Positions 25,321 through 37,149 of a stretch of 64,000 bases of DNA are shown one piece after another. The stretch spans positions 1,340,167-1,404,166 of the forward strand of contig MU058451.1 in the NCBI GenBank assembly GCA_013265495.1, read 5' to 3'. Within the stretch, counting starts at the first letter, position 1; every line of letters begins with the position of its first letter. Both the position numbers and the translations under genes were made by a program. The notes beneath the pieces are model-generated. The model saw only the letters and a program-made list of their open reading frames with translations. It was not told where the DNA came from and made no database searches. Origin of the DNA: Vicugna vicugna (lineage: Eukaryota).

Positions 25321-28149
25321 GTAGATTGAGAGACAAATATTAAGCAATATTAAGTAAATAATTGTACCCATCATATGTTGAATGAAGGAACGCAATATGC
25401 ATACAGTTTGTAAACAACTGAAGTTGGGGAAATCCTGGCTTCGTACAACCCTGTGGGTGTTAAAAACAGGACACGTCAGATCAGGAGAAGGAGTGACCTT
25501 CCCAGAGACCTCAGGCCATGGGTAGCTGGTGACCATTATCAAAGCGTTAACTCCCACTTCAGCATCTTCTGTAACGAGACAGGTGCTTGCCAGGTGCCCG
25601 ACCACCTGGTCTCAACCCTCCATTTCTGGCATCCCCTTATTCCTGCCTCTTCAATCAGCCACCTGCCATGGTCACACCAGCAACTTCAAGTGGACAAATC
25701 GGAAACTTATTGACATGATGCACCTCAGTTTTGCCCAGTGTCTCCAGAACATCCAGGTACCCACAGGTCTGCGCAGGCACTGGGCCCCCTAATCTTTCCC
25801 CATTGGTTGATGTGAAGGAACAGAGCAAAGTGCGGAGGACTCCCAACCCTGCTTGTTCTCATTATCTTAATAGAAACCACACTGATAATTTCTAAAGCTT
25901 GACATTATTCTCAAATCATTTCAAAGCATTTCCAGGTATCACTGTCTAAAGTGAAAGCAAAATGCAGAACACTGACTGTGAAAAGGGAGAGGGCAAGAGG
26001 GAAGGCACCCTCTTCTTTCTTCTAAAAGACGTCAGTTGAAAAGCCCCTCCGCAGCCCCTACAGGGGAGCAGTTTTCTCCATCGTCCTTCGTACAGACTAA
26101 CTTGTCACCTCCTAAGGACACTGCTCTTGAGTTCAGAACCACTGTGGTGAGGTGGAAAGGGGCCTGGGTTTGGTGTGGGATGCTTTCGGCGGTGGTAGGG
26201 GGGTGCTGTTCATCTCACTCAAAATCATCACCTGTGAGATGAGAACGAGAAACATGCACCCTGTGTATCCCACAGGGCTGTCATGGGACCCATGCAAAAT
26301 ACAGCACGTGGGCAACGACGTGTATGAAAGGTGGAGTGAGGCTAATTGCTTTCGCCGTTAGGCAAATACTTTGCCTCTCGTAATGGACATCATAGTTGGC
26401 ATATCTTAATATTAACATGGTATTGGCAATGCTAGTTTGCCTCCATAAAATATTTTAACTTGACCAGAGACAGCACCTTACAGTTGCTTCATTTATAATG
26501 GGGCGAACCCAGGCTTAAAGTTCTAGAAAAAGTGTTTCATTTCATTGCAATGAGAAACTCAACTGAAACAGATTTACTACCGTGTCCCTGGGATGATTAT
26601 TCCTCTAGATGGAAATGCTTCTCTGCAGTTTTCCCCAAGATAAGCAGTGTGGCATTCTGGGCATCCAGCCAGCTCCAGTGGAGAACTGGGCATTATGGAA
26701 AGTTTTGCATGAATAGTATACAGAGGGATTCTGTAATGGTGTTAGAAATTATGCCAATGACACAGTGGATGATTAAGCTATGATTTCTTCTCAAACGCTA
26801 CTAGACCTCTTCGCATACGGAATCAGGATGAGAATAACGGTGGTCTTCAGCCTGCATTACACGGAGGTTCGACTTCTGAAAGTGATTTTTGAGCCTAACT
26901 GGTATGATTTTTTATTTCCCAGGCCAAAATTATGTCAACAGCAGAGGCTTGATTGCTGTCTTGTCAATGTGTTTAGGTACCACGGAAGGCGCTTGTTTTT
27001 ACTTATGTGTGACAATCACATTGGGCTGAAGAAACAGGAAAAGCTCCTGCAATGAAATGCTCTGCAGTGAAAGGGACTCAACCTTTGCAAGTTTACAAGT
27101 TGCTGGATTTCCAGTGGCCTGAGAGGAAGCCCCTAGGGCCGGAAGTTGGCATGTCATTGTGTATCCCTTAGCCTGACCTGCTCCAAACATCAGCTCAGAC
27201 ACAAAAGACACTTTGCTCCAAATGACACTTTTACCTCCAGGCTGGTAACCCTATCATCTTCCTGAGTGACACCTCCACCACATCGACTCTTGTCAGAAAG
27301 GAAACCTTTTCATTCTCTGAAGCTCAAAGCCAGCAACTTTCTTCACAGTGACCTTGAGGGGCTGATCACCCCTTGGTACTTGCCAACCACAGATTAATTT
27401 CTATTGTTTCGCCCAGAGACACCTGTCAAGGAGCTATGGATTCATGTAAGCCTCCCCTGACGGGCTAAGTCAGTTTAAATTTACTTGCAAGTGGATTTGT
27501 TTGTGGTTGATACTTTGATGGGAATTACGGAACATAGCAGGCTCTTGAAAACACTCTCGATTAGAAAAAATAGCATGAAATATCAGTGGAGCTGAACATA
27601 TTTGCATCCGTGTAAGGACTGCAAAATTGTTAGAAGAAACAAGTTAGGTTAAACCATTCTATTTTGTTAACTAGACCAAGAGAAACAGAGCCAAAGACTC
27701 GATTTGAGGGTTGGCCTCAAATAGTTTCCTGTAATGAAAATGGGGAGGAAAGAAACAATCCAACGGCAATGAGAACCAACTTCGATTTAAATCAAGCTGT
27801 TGGAAGCTCAGAGAGAGTACTTTTCCTTACCTTGTTTTCCATTTTAAAAATCCTCTTTCTCACTTAAGGCTGTGTGAGAAATTGCCCAGAGATTATTGGA
27901 AAAACTTGTTAGATGGGCCATCTGACACATTTTGCTTCTGAGCAACAAAAGAAAAGGCCCAGGGGTCCTGCCACGATATCATTCAAGAACAGAGTTACTG
28001 GGAGTTGAATTTGGAGATGCTTTTTACAGTTTTCTGTGTTGCATTGAACTGAAACAGAAGGCCTTTGGGACTCCTGGAGTACCACGCACTTGTGCTGGTC
28101 CTCTGTGTCTTAGGGTCTCTGTAACCCTTAAATGTTGAGGGGTCTGTGT

Positions 28150-28760
28150 GTGTGCATTTGTGGGTTTTAGTTGAGGTGAAATTCACATCTCACAATATTA
28201 ACCATTTTCCAGCGTGCAACACAATGCTTTTTAGTGTATTCAGAATGCCATACATCCATCACCACTAACCAGTTCCAAAACGTTATCATCCCCCGAAGAA
28301 ATCCTGTGCTCCCTAAGCAGTCACTCCCCATTCCCCGTTCCCACTAACCCTTAAGCAACTACTAATCTACTTGTTGTCTCCATGGATTTGCCTATTTTGG
28401 CTATTTCCTAGAAATGGAGTCGTGTAATATGTAACTTTTTGTGTCTGGCTTTCACTCAGCGTGATGTTTTCAAGGTCCGTCCGTGCTGCAGCACGTATAG
28501 TACTTGATTTCTTCATATCAACGAATAATATTCCATTGCATGGATAGACCACATTTGTTTATTTATTCATTGATGGATATCTGGGTTGTTTCCACCTTTA
28601 AGCTACTATGAAGAGTGCGGCTGTGAATATTTGTGTGTAAATATTTGAATACCTGCTTTCAGTTCTTATGGGCATTTACCTCCGAGTGGAAGTGCTGGGT
28701 CATCTGGTAATTCTGTTTAAATTCCCGTGGGGAATCACCAAACTGTTTTCCACAGCACGT
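28150..28760 (-). mobile_element. LINE-1 3' end (L1MB-like)
   Basis: ttgaggtgaaattcacat...taagcagtcactccccattcccc...catggatttgcctattttgg...gaataatattccattgcatggatagaccacattt...caccaaactgttttccacagc. Confidence 0.92.
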
Positions 28761-30069
28761 GCTCAGGTACTTGTGTGCATATAATCCATCTCTTTTCTTT
28801 TCACATCTTTTCGAACACGACTCAAGCAAAATAGATAAATCTTTAGAGGACCCTGTCTTCTTGAATCTTCTCAGTGTGGAGTTGGAAGCAGCAGCTGTCA
28901 TCTGTTCCATTTGGAAACCCTTTCTGGGGGCCTGATAATATGAGACTTTGTTCAGCCTGCTTTATGAATCACCCCCAACTCCAAATCTGTCTCTATCGGG
29001 GAGGACAACTGTCCTATTTGGGAAGTATTAAACACAGTAAACACTTCTCTATGCTGTGACCTCTTAAGACCTGGATCTGCAGTTGGAAATCTGCCCCCTT
29101 TCCTCACATTGGTGCAGAGCAGCAAAGGGACTTTTAAATCAAGGGAACCAAGCTCCTGAGGCTGTTGGAGGCTCTGAGATGATCGTGTTCTTGTCATGTC
29201 CCCCAGGTTATATCACATCCTCTTCTCATTCTCCTTCACGTATCTAGGGTCTGGGTCCCTGAGCCTTGAGAGGTGGGAAGATGTTCAGCAGGTGGGCCTC
29301 CAGGAGAAGGGAATTCCAGGCAGAGAAAACGGTCCATGGAAACAAACATCATAAAAGCTGAGTGAAAGGAAGGATTCCTGAGAAGGGTGTGAGTTATTTC
29401 CAACTTTCTCTGTGGGAACTGGAAAACTGTTGAGAGGAAGTACAGAATCCCATAGGAAACAGAGATCCTCTCTTTAAAAAAAAAAGTTTTATCCATATTA
29501 TTTTTGAATTTTCATCCAAAGTTAGAAAGAAAGCTCCTTTACTGTGTCAAAACAAAAATAAAACCCGACAGACGTCTTTGAACCCTACACATTGCCCAGC
29601 TCATCCGTGGATACATAGAAATAGGAGGTTCTGACATTCTGGAATATCATCCAAACCACTGTTTAAGTTTTCAGACAATACTTGTTTTTACTCAGCCTTT
29701 CCTGGAGGCTTCCAAGTTCTCCAAGATTAATAAATAAATGAGTTGTTTAGCCATTTCTGTGAATTGTTTATGTTACAAAGTCACCTCCGTCCTTTAGTCT
29801 CCAAGCATTCCGTTACTGCCAGCTGATGACTGTTAATACACATTCTCTGATTCCCTGAGTGTTCAACGGGGCTAGAGTTTCTTATTAAGCATGGATTTAA
29901 GAAAGAGTTCATTCTTTCTGACTTCAGGTCATAATGACTTCTCCGTCTCTGCTCATTTATCGGGAAGACAACTTCCTCTTGGAACCACTTTCTTGGTTCT
30001 TGAAATATCACTGGGTTCGACTCTTATTTGCTAAGTTATGGATTCAAAAAGGCCCAGTTTGCTACCTTG

Positions 30070-30085
30070 GACCCCCTGGTGGCTA
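30070..30085 (-). promoter_or_regulatory. Candidate CTCF motif
   Basis: Reverse strand TAGCCACCAGGGGGTC versus core CCASYAGRKGGCRS; the mismatches are at the 3' end. Confidence 0.35.
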
Positions 30086-31724
30086 AAGAGACTTAATTTA
30101 CACTCCAAGTAATTAATTTATGATCCTAGGCTAACTTGGACACAGTGCAGTGGCAAATTTGAGTCTGATTTTTTTTTTGAATGATGTATTTAAGATCTAT
30201 ATAATTTACTTTTTCTTTTTGTCCATAGACCGTCTTTGTACTGACATATTCTATGTTGTCTATCCTTCCATTTTACCCTTACATAATAAAGTCTTTGAAA
30301 ATCCTACCTCTACATTTTCTCTCTTCATGGGTTAGTATTACTCATGAGACCAGGAAATTTCAACAGTATTTCAGATCTCACTTCTTTTCCCTATCATCCA
30401 AAAATGGGAGAGCTCATATTTAAGAATTGTGTTTCCAGGGACTTGAATGGGCGGTGATGTCCTGAGAAAGAGGTTGAAAAGGGGCAAATCTTCTCCCAGG
30501 TCTTCCGGAAAAGGCAATGCAATGGCTTGTGTGTTGTTCCCAGACTGGGGCAGGACCACAGGAGACAAGCTAGGTCACAAAGAAGCCAGTGCTCAGCTCC
30601 CTGGAGGTAATTTAGTTGAGTCGGTTGTGGAACAATCCACACTTTTTTAAACTCAGCTGTTCTCAAGATGCAGCGCAGGGAGACAGGAGTGAAGAGCTGA
30701 GAACTCCGGGCGAGGGTCATGTCCTGTGTTATTACGTGCTTAAGAAGGTAGTTAAGAGGTTGGTGGTGGAGAAACCACCACTCAAAGGAGAGGACGGACT
30801 CCCAGACACATCGTCTTTGAGCTCCTTTTATGCACCACCGAGCCAGGCCCTCGGGTCTAGCCCGATTTGGATGTTAGACAGTCTCCTTTTCTTTTAAGGG
30901 GGTCACGGATTCTGTTTTGTTTTCCATGCGTTTTCCTGAAAGCATGCCATCGTGTTACTGTACCTCTCCCTAAAGTGAGTCAGACGTGCTGACCATTAGA
31001 ACACCAAAGCGGTGGTTCCCATGGCAGCCAGAACTACATGGAAGCAAACAATAAAATACCAACCCTGTTCTCAGACCAGCGGAGAACTACAATCACTAGA
31101 GCAGATCGGGGACGTCGTCAGGACGCCGTGCCTTCCTGAACTTATCATTTCTTTTCCAAACTGGAGGAGTTGTTCCTCCTCCTCAGAAGGCGTCTTCTCA
31201 AAGTGAACGTTAGAGTTGCTCAGACTTTCCAAGGAAGGATGCTCTTAAGTTCCCTCCTGTATGCACGGTTCTGGCTAGGATGACGTTATACGGTGGACTT
31301 GCAAACAAGACCCTTTTGTGGTCTTTCAAAGTAAAGCCAGATGTTAGTTGCTGCTTCCACAGAGACTAAATGAGGTTTCAGGTAAATCAGATATATGCAT
31401 GATTATGAAACTGCATGGTCCATTTCATTGAAGTCTGCACTGGTGCAGAACATAATCTCCATGGTACAGCCTTAAAATGTGGAGTTGAACATTTACCTGG
31501 AAATATTTTCAACTTCCATAGAATCATATTTGGGTAAAATAATTACAGGGACTTGCCAGTTTTAGAATATTTACCTTTGGAACAAGGAGAGAGAAGAAGC
31601 AAATGTTCTTAGGAATATGACCAAAAAGGATTTCCTTGATTCTGTATAAATAAGACAAAGAAGACATTAAGTAGGAGACAAAAAGGGAAAATTTCTAACT
31701 GATACATTTGCTTGTGTAATTGGG

Positions 31725-32080
31725 AGACAGTATAACTCAGGGGCTAAGAGCACACACTCTGGAATTAGGCAGATTGGTGTCTATCTGTGAGCTTGACGTG
31801 TCCAAGCCTTGAGTGCCTCCCTTAAGAGGGAAATTAGAGTAATAGCAATAGTTCCCATTTAGTGAGCATTTCCTGTGTGACAGGCACCGTGCCAGGGTTC
31901 TATCCTCATTTAACCCGCCAACAACTTTGCAAGGTAGGTGCTATTATTGGCCGATTGCAAATCAGGAGACTAATACAGAGATAAGTAAGTTGCCCAAGTG
32001 CCTCACAGAGCTGACCTGTGGGTTAAGCGGTTACTACTGGGCCTGATACATATCAGCACTAATAGATGGTACCTATGGGG
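31725..32080. mobile_element. MIR (+) with a second MIR (-) nested inside
   Basis: ggggctaagagcacacactctggaattaggcaga (head); cccatttagtgagcatttcctgtgtgacaggcacc...aaggtaggtgctattatt...aagtaagttgcccaag (reverse MIR); gggcctgatacatatcagcactaataga (tail). Confidence 0.7.
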
Positions 32081-32159
32081 GAATTGGATAGTTTGCACAA
32101 TGTGTATCATTATTTTCTGTTTCATTTAGAAATGCATTTTTAGAAAGTTTTTTTCTCTC

Positions 32160-32530
32160 TTTCCTTTTCTCCCAGCTTTATTGAGGTACAATTGGTATAC
32201 AAAAACTGCACATAATTAATGCATACAATTTTGTGAATTTGGATATATGCATACACTTGTGTTAGCAACATCAGAATCCAGGTAATAAACATGTCCATCA
32301 CCTCCAAAAGTTTCCCTGTGTCCTTTCATTGGTTTTTTTGTTTTGTTTTGTTGTGAGTGATAAGAACATCTAACATTAGATCAACCCCTCTTAAAATGTT
32401 AAGTAGAAAATATTTTATTATAATGATTATAATATTATATGATAATATCTTATTAACTCTGGGCACTGTGTTGAAGGGCAGATCTTTGGAACTTACTATC
32501 CTTGCATAACTGTAACTTTATACCCATTTT
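32160..32530 (-). mobile_element. LINE-1 3' end (L1MA9/10-like)
   Basis: cccagctttattgaggtacaattggtatacaaaaactgcac...aacatgtccatcacctccaaaagtttcc...gcagatctttggaactta...cataactgtaactttataccc. Confidence 0.9.
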
Positions 32531-32673
32531 CAAACGTCAGATTTTAAATCTGGTCTTCCCCACTACAAGAAGTGAGCAATAGATCTTCAAAAGAAAGATT
32601 TTCTTCTGCTGCTGCTTCTCTACCTAGAGTCACCATTAAATGTCACGGGGCAGTTTTACTTTTTTTTCTCTCT

Positions 32674-32725
32674 CTAATGAGTGAGTTTAGTAAGGTTGCA
32701 GGATACAAGTCAATACACAAAAATT
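32674..32725 (+). mobile_element. Short LINE-1 ORF2 fragment
   Basis: ctaatgagtgagtttagtaaggttgcaggatacaagtcaatacacaaaaatt corresponds to the LINEFSKVAGYKINxQK-type motif of L1 reverse transcriptase. Confidence 0.75.
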
Positions 32726-33640
32726 CTTTATTTGTAGTATAGTTGGTTTACAGTGTTGTGTTAGTTTCAGGTATACAGCAAAGTGATTCAGATATATTTA
32801 TATACACACACACATATATATTCTTATTCAGATTCTTTTCCATTGTACATTATTACAGGATATTGAATATAGTTCCCTGTGCTATACAGTAGGTACCTGT
32901 TGTTTATCTATTTTGTATATAGTAGTGTGTGTCTAGTAATCCCAAACTCCTAATTCATCCCTTCCCTCACCCTTACCATAAGTTTGTTTGCTATGTCTGG
33001 GACTCTGTTTCTGTTTTGTAAGTAACTTCATTTGTATCATTTTTTTTAGATTTCACCTATAAGTGATACCATATGATATTTGTCTGACTTACTTCACTTA
33101 GTATGATAATCTCTAGGCCCACCTATATGACTGCAAATGGCATTATTGCACTCTTTTTTATGGCTGAGTAATATTCCATTGCATATATATACCACAGCTT
33201 CTTTTTCCAGTCCTCTATTGATGGATAGTTAGGTTGCGTCTGTGTCTTGGCTATTGTAAATAGTGTTGCTGTGAGCATTGAGGTGAGTGTATCTTTTCAA
33301 ATGAGAGTTTCCATCTTTTCTGAGTATATATACCCAGGAGTGGGATTGCTGGATCATATAATAGTTCTGAGTTTTTTTAAGAAGCCTTCATACTGTTCTC
33401 CATAGTGATTATACCAGTTTACATTCCCATTAACAGCATAGGCTGTTTCCTTTTCTCCACACCTTCTCCAACATTTATTATTTGTAAACGTTTGATGATG
33501 GCCATGCTGACCAGTGTGAGGTGATACCTCATGGTAGTTCTGATTTGCATTTCTCTAATAATTAGTGATGTTGAGTGTCTTTTCACATGCCTGTTGGCTA
33601 TCGGTATGTCCTCTTTGAAGAAACGCCTCTTTAGGTCTTC
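32726..33640 (-). mobile_element. LINE-1 3' end (artiodactyl L1 type), 5'-truncated
   Basis: gtatagttggtttacagtgttgtgttagtttcaggtatacagcaaagtgattcag...atagttccctgtgctatacagtagg...cccaggagtgggattgctggatcata...gtgtgaggtgatacctcat. Confidence 0.93.
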
Positions 33641-36145
33641 TTACTTTTAAAAAGCTGTTGTTTATGCTACTCTAAAATTAGTCTTCTCACCTCCAAACTT
33701 TTTATATATTTTTTTCCTATGTTTTTGGGAGGGTATTTCTCCACTTTCTCAGCTCTCATGGGGAAAGTATAGAGCAAACTCTCTTTAGGGAGAATTTCTT
33801 CCAGTGAAAAGGAAAAACCTAAAAATAAATCTGAACAATCCAAACACCCATAAGTGCTTTAAAAGAAAATATTCGGATCCCCATGTTTATACACATCCAG
33901 AGATGTACATAACCCCAGCAGGCTGGACCAGAGCCCACCTCAGTTTCTGCAGTGATGAGAAAAAAAAATAAATGCATATGGAGCCATGCTATAGTGAAAC
34001 TCTTCTTATAAGCCTTATTGTTTCATGCCAGATAAAATAAAAGTGAGTTGATTGGGAAAGAATGCCTAATAATGCTAGCATCATCAAGAAATAGGTTAAA
34101 AGATCTTGTAGGGAAATGAGAGCCAAAACAGATCATCATAGGCTTATTACATAAATAATAATCTGTCCTCATATTGTGGTTGTGGCGCATAAATCTCGAT
34201 TCATTTTTCTGACCGTGGGGATGAATGTGACCTGACCCCGTTCACACAGCCTTGTCCGGACCACCTCGTGATGAGGGTCAGGAATTTGTGGATGTGGGTG
34301 GGATCTGAGTGCAGTCCAGAATATGAATCAGGGGCACAGCTTTCTGGTCCAAATCCTGTCCTGGCCATGCTGCCATGGGGCTCTAACCAAATGAGTTACT
34401 GCAGGGAGCTGACCGCTTCCACACAATATTTCCAGAGTTTCAAAGGATGTTTCATTTCTGTTTATTGAACTCACATGTCTAAAAAAGATAGCTGTTCTTA
34501 GAACTGACATCCAGCAGGTATGTCTGGGGACACGAGCATTTCTCCTGAATATGGTGCCTATGAGTTACAGGTTAGTAAATATCTTGACTATCACCCTGAG
34601 TGATTGCATGGTACGATATATCCTGTTCATACAAATACTTTTCGAAAGTCTGAAAGCATGTTAGATTTTTAAAACAGCAATGCAAAATCAGACATTCAGA
34701 GTCTGATGTCTAAAACTGGCTTTGCTCAGTCCACTTAGATACGAAGTTTTTAATTTTTTGCCTTGGAGATCTCTTTCTTTCCAGGGTTGCCAGCTGAGTG
34801 TTGATAAATGATTCTTCCAGGAAGGACTAGGCTCTCGCCATTGAAGAAATGATTTCTGTGACCAGAGGATCTACCTGCTTAAGCCAATCACCGAGTCTGG
34901 GGACCATCCAGACTTCACAGCAGTTTCAAACTATACATTTAGACATTACAGTTTTGAAAAACTTCCAAAACATTTGCCAAGTTCCTCCCCCGTCCCCCCC
35001 CAACTTTTAATATTTGAACAGATTTAAGGGAAATCTAATCCATATGTTTCTGACTCATTTACACTTGAATCATATATTATTATCTAAGAGCCATTTAATA
35101 GCCAACAGCTTTCTGTCACTTGCAAAATATATATTTTTAGACCTTCTTCCCTTAACAACAACAACAACGACAAAAAACAATTTTGAGCAAACTAACGTGG
35201 AAAATAGGTACAATTCTAGTTCAAAGTTCTGTTTTGGGCTCATCTTAAACTTGGCAAAGGGTGCTCCTTACATGTTCTCTATTTGTTATGTTAACTTCAG
35301 AAGCATGCCAATTTTTCATTCTTTTACTATATAATTATTAACTTTAGTGCCGTTGTGGTTCCTGTTAATTCATTCCACACGTTGGATATCCTCTGAGGAC
35401 CTTTATTTTTCAAGTATCTTCAAGCTTAGGTCATTTGGGGCTGAAAGAGGAAAAGAAACAATTTGGGGGGCAATTTTGCTTTTTTTGGAATGGTGAATAA
35501 TTTTTCAGCAAATAACTTCTTAAAAGGCATATACACTCTGTGATCCCTAGCCAGCTCTGAATTATTTTTTCTTCATTTTGAAAACAAATAAATAAAATTC
35601 CAGACAGCACAATCATTCTAGGAAAATGCTCTAAGGAGGCCAATAGCCATTAATGCAGTCCTTGAATTTAAGGTGATTTGAATCAGAATCTGCTGTTTCC
35701 AATGCACTCATGAATAAAGAGGATTGAAGGACTGAGAACCTCAAAAACACTAGTATTACACATTACTGTATGACAGCCAAAAGCTTTTATTTTTTTAGCA
35801 AATATTATTTTTTCACTTTCTCCAAAAAGTTCATCTTGTTTAATGCATTTCAGTAATGGCCGTAGATATGTTTCTATTTCTCACTGAAAATACTTCTATT
35901 AATTGCTTCCATGTGTTGGTATCCACGCTGATGTAAAGTTGTCTTTGCTGGGAAGCACCTAGTTACTTACTTTGACATGATGTTTTAAGTATTCTGTCTT
36001 TTCCTTACATTTGTTTAACAGCTCCATACACTTGATAGAGTTCAATTGCTATCAGATTTATAGCTCTATCTTGAGAAATAAAATGGAGCCCAAGAATTTT
36101 GGGAAGAACAATTACTGTTGGCCCCATGAGATATTTCATGCATGT

Positions 36146-36219
36146 GTATGTGATCTGGCAAACTATTTTCCAATGCATATTTCTCATGAGGTATAATTAA
36201 CACGTGCCAGGAATATCCA
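36146..36219 (+). pseudogene. Candidate degenerate miR-23-like hairpin
   Basis: aacacgtgccaggaatatcc (36199-36218) versus miR-23a-3p atcacattgccagggatttcc: 16/21, seed altered. Upstream ctggca (36155-36160) pairs with tgccag (36205-36210). Confidence 0.35.
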
Positions 36220-36354
36220 GGCTCCATTAAGCTATTTATCTCAAGAGTTTAAAATTCACTTTTCATTAAAAAGGAAACTACACACATTCAAATATATCCA
36301 TGAAGGTTTATTTTGATTGGAGGTATATCAGAGGTTATTAGAAGATTCAGTAAA

Positions 36355-36421
36355 AATAGTTCAGACTACGTCTACGTGACAAATTCATCGTAGTTTCACA
36401 GTGCGTAAGTCTGCAGCAATT
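36355..36421 (+). ncRNA. Candidate miR-27-family hairpin (divergent or relic)
   Basis: ttcacagtgcgtaagtctgc (36395-36414) versus miR-27b-3p ttcacagtggctaagttctgc: 18/21, seed intact. The 5' arm cagactacgtctacgtga (36362-36379) base-pairs with it. Confidence 0.5.
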
Positions 36422-37149
36422 CACAGTAGACGCAAAATCAACGGCATGATAAAAAGAATGGTTGGCGTGGGTGGCCAGGTCTTTGCCGTCAATTGATTTG
36501 CTGTCCCCACTCGCCTCCCCCGGCCCAGGAGCCATTTCATCAGCTTATGTACCTGACTGACAGCATCTCAAGACTTTTCTTTCTAGTCTCCCACTTCCTT
36601 TACTCCAGTGCCATCGCTCACCCTCCCTGCCACATGTAAGACATCCTAAGACACCCTACTCCTGTCTGCAGCTCCCACCAACACAGACAGAGACTTTAGC
36701 TTGGAAGATATACTTGCACACATATAGAGGAAAGGGAGCTAATATTTTTGAAAATCTCACACTGATCCCAATGCCTTGCATACCTAAGCATGCTTTAGAG
36801 AATCACCTGCTCATTGACAATCTATGTGGTGTAATTTATCTCTATGAGATAGAGGTGTTTCAAGGAGACACGCACAAAAGGTTTTGTCATCTCCTTTAGT
36901 AGCCACAGTGCTGAAGCATGAGTAGCATGTGTCAAAGAGACAGACACTGATCTGAGCAGTGCCAGCAGTTGCCTGCTATTATTAAATCTACATTTTAAAA
37001 CCCTGATCTTGTTTTAGAAGTAAAAATTGCTGTTTTGATTCCTACTTCAAGCCAGAGAAACAAAACACACGTTTTGGCAGTACTGGACAATACTAAGAAA
37101 GTCTCCAAGCAGAAGCCAGTTCCTTTACAGTTGACATTCCAAAGGCTTA

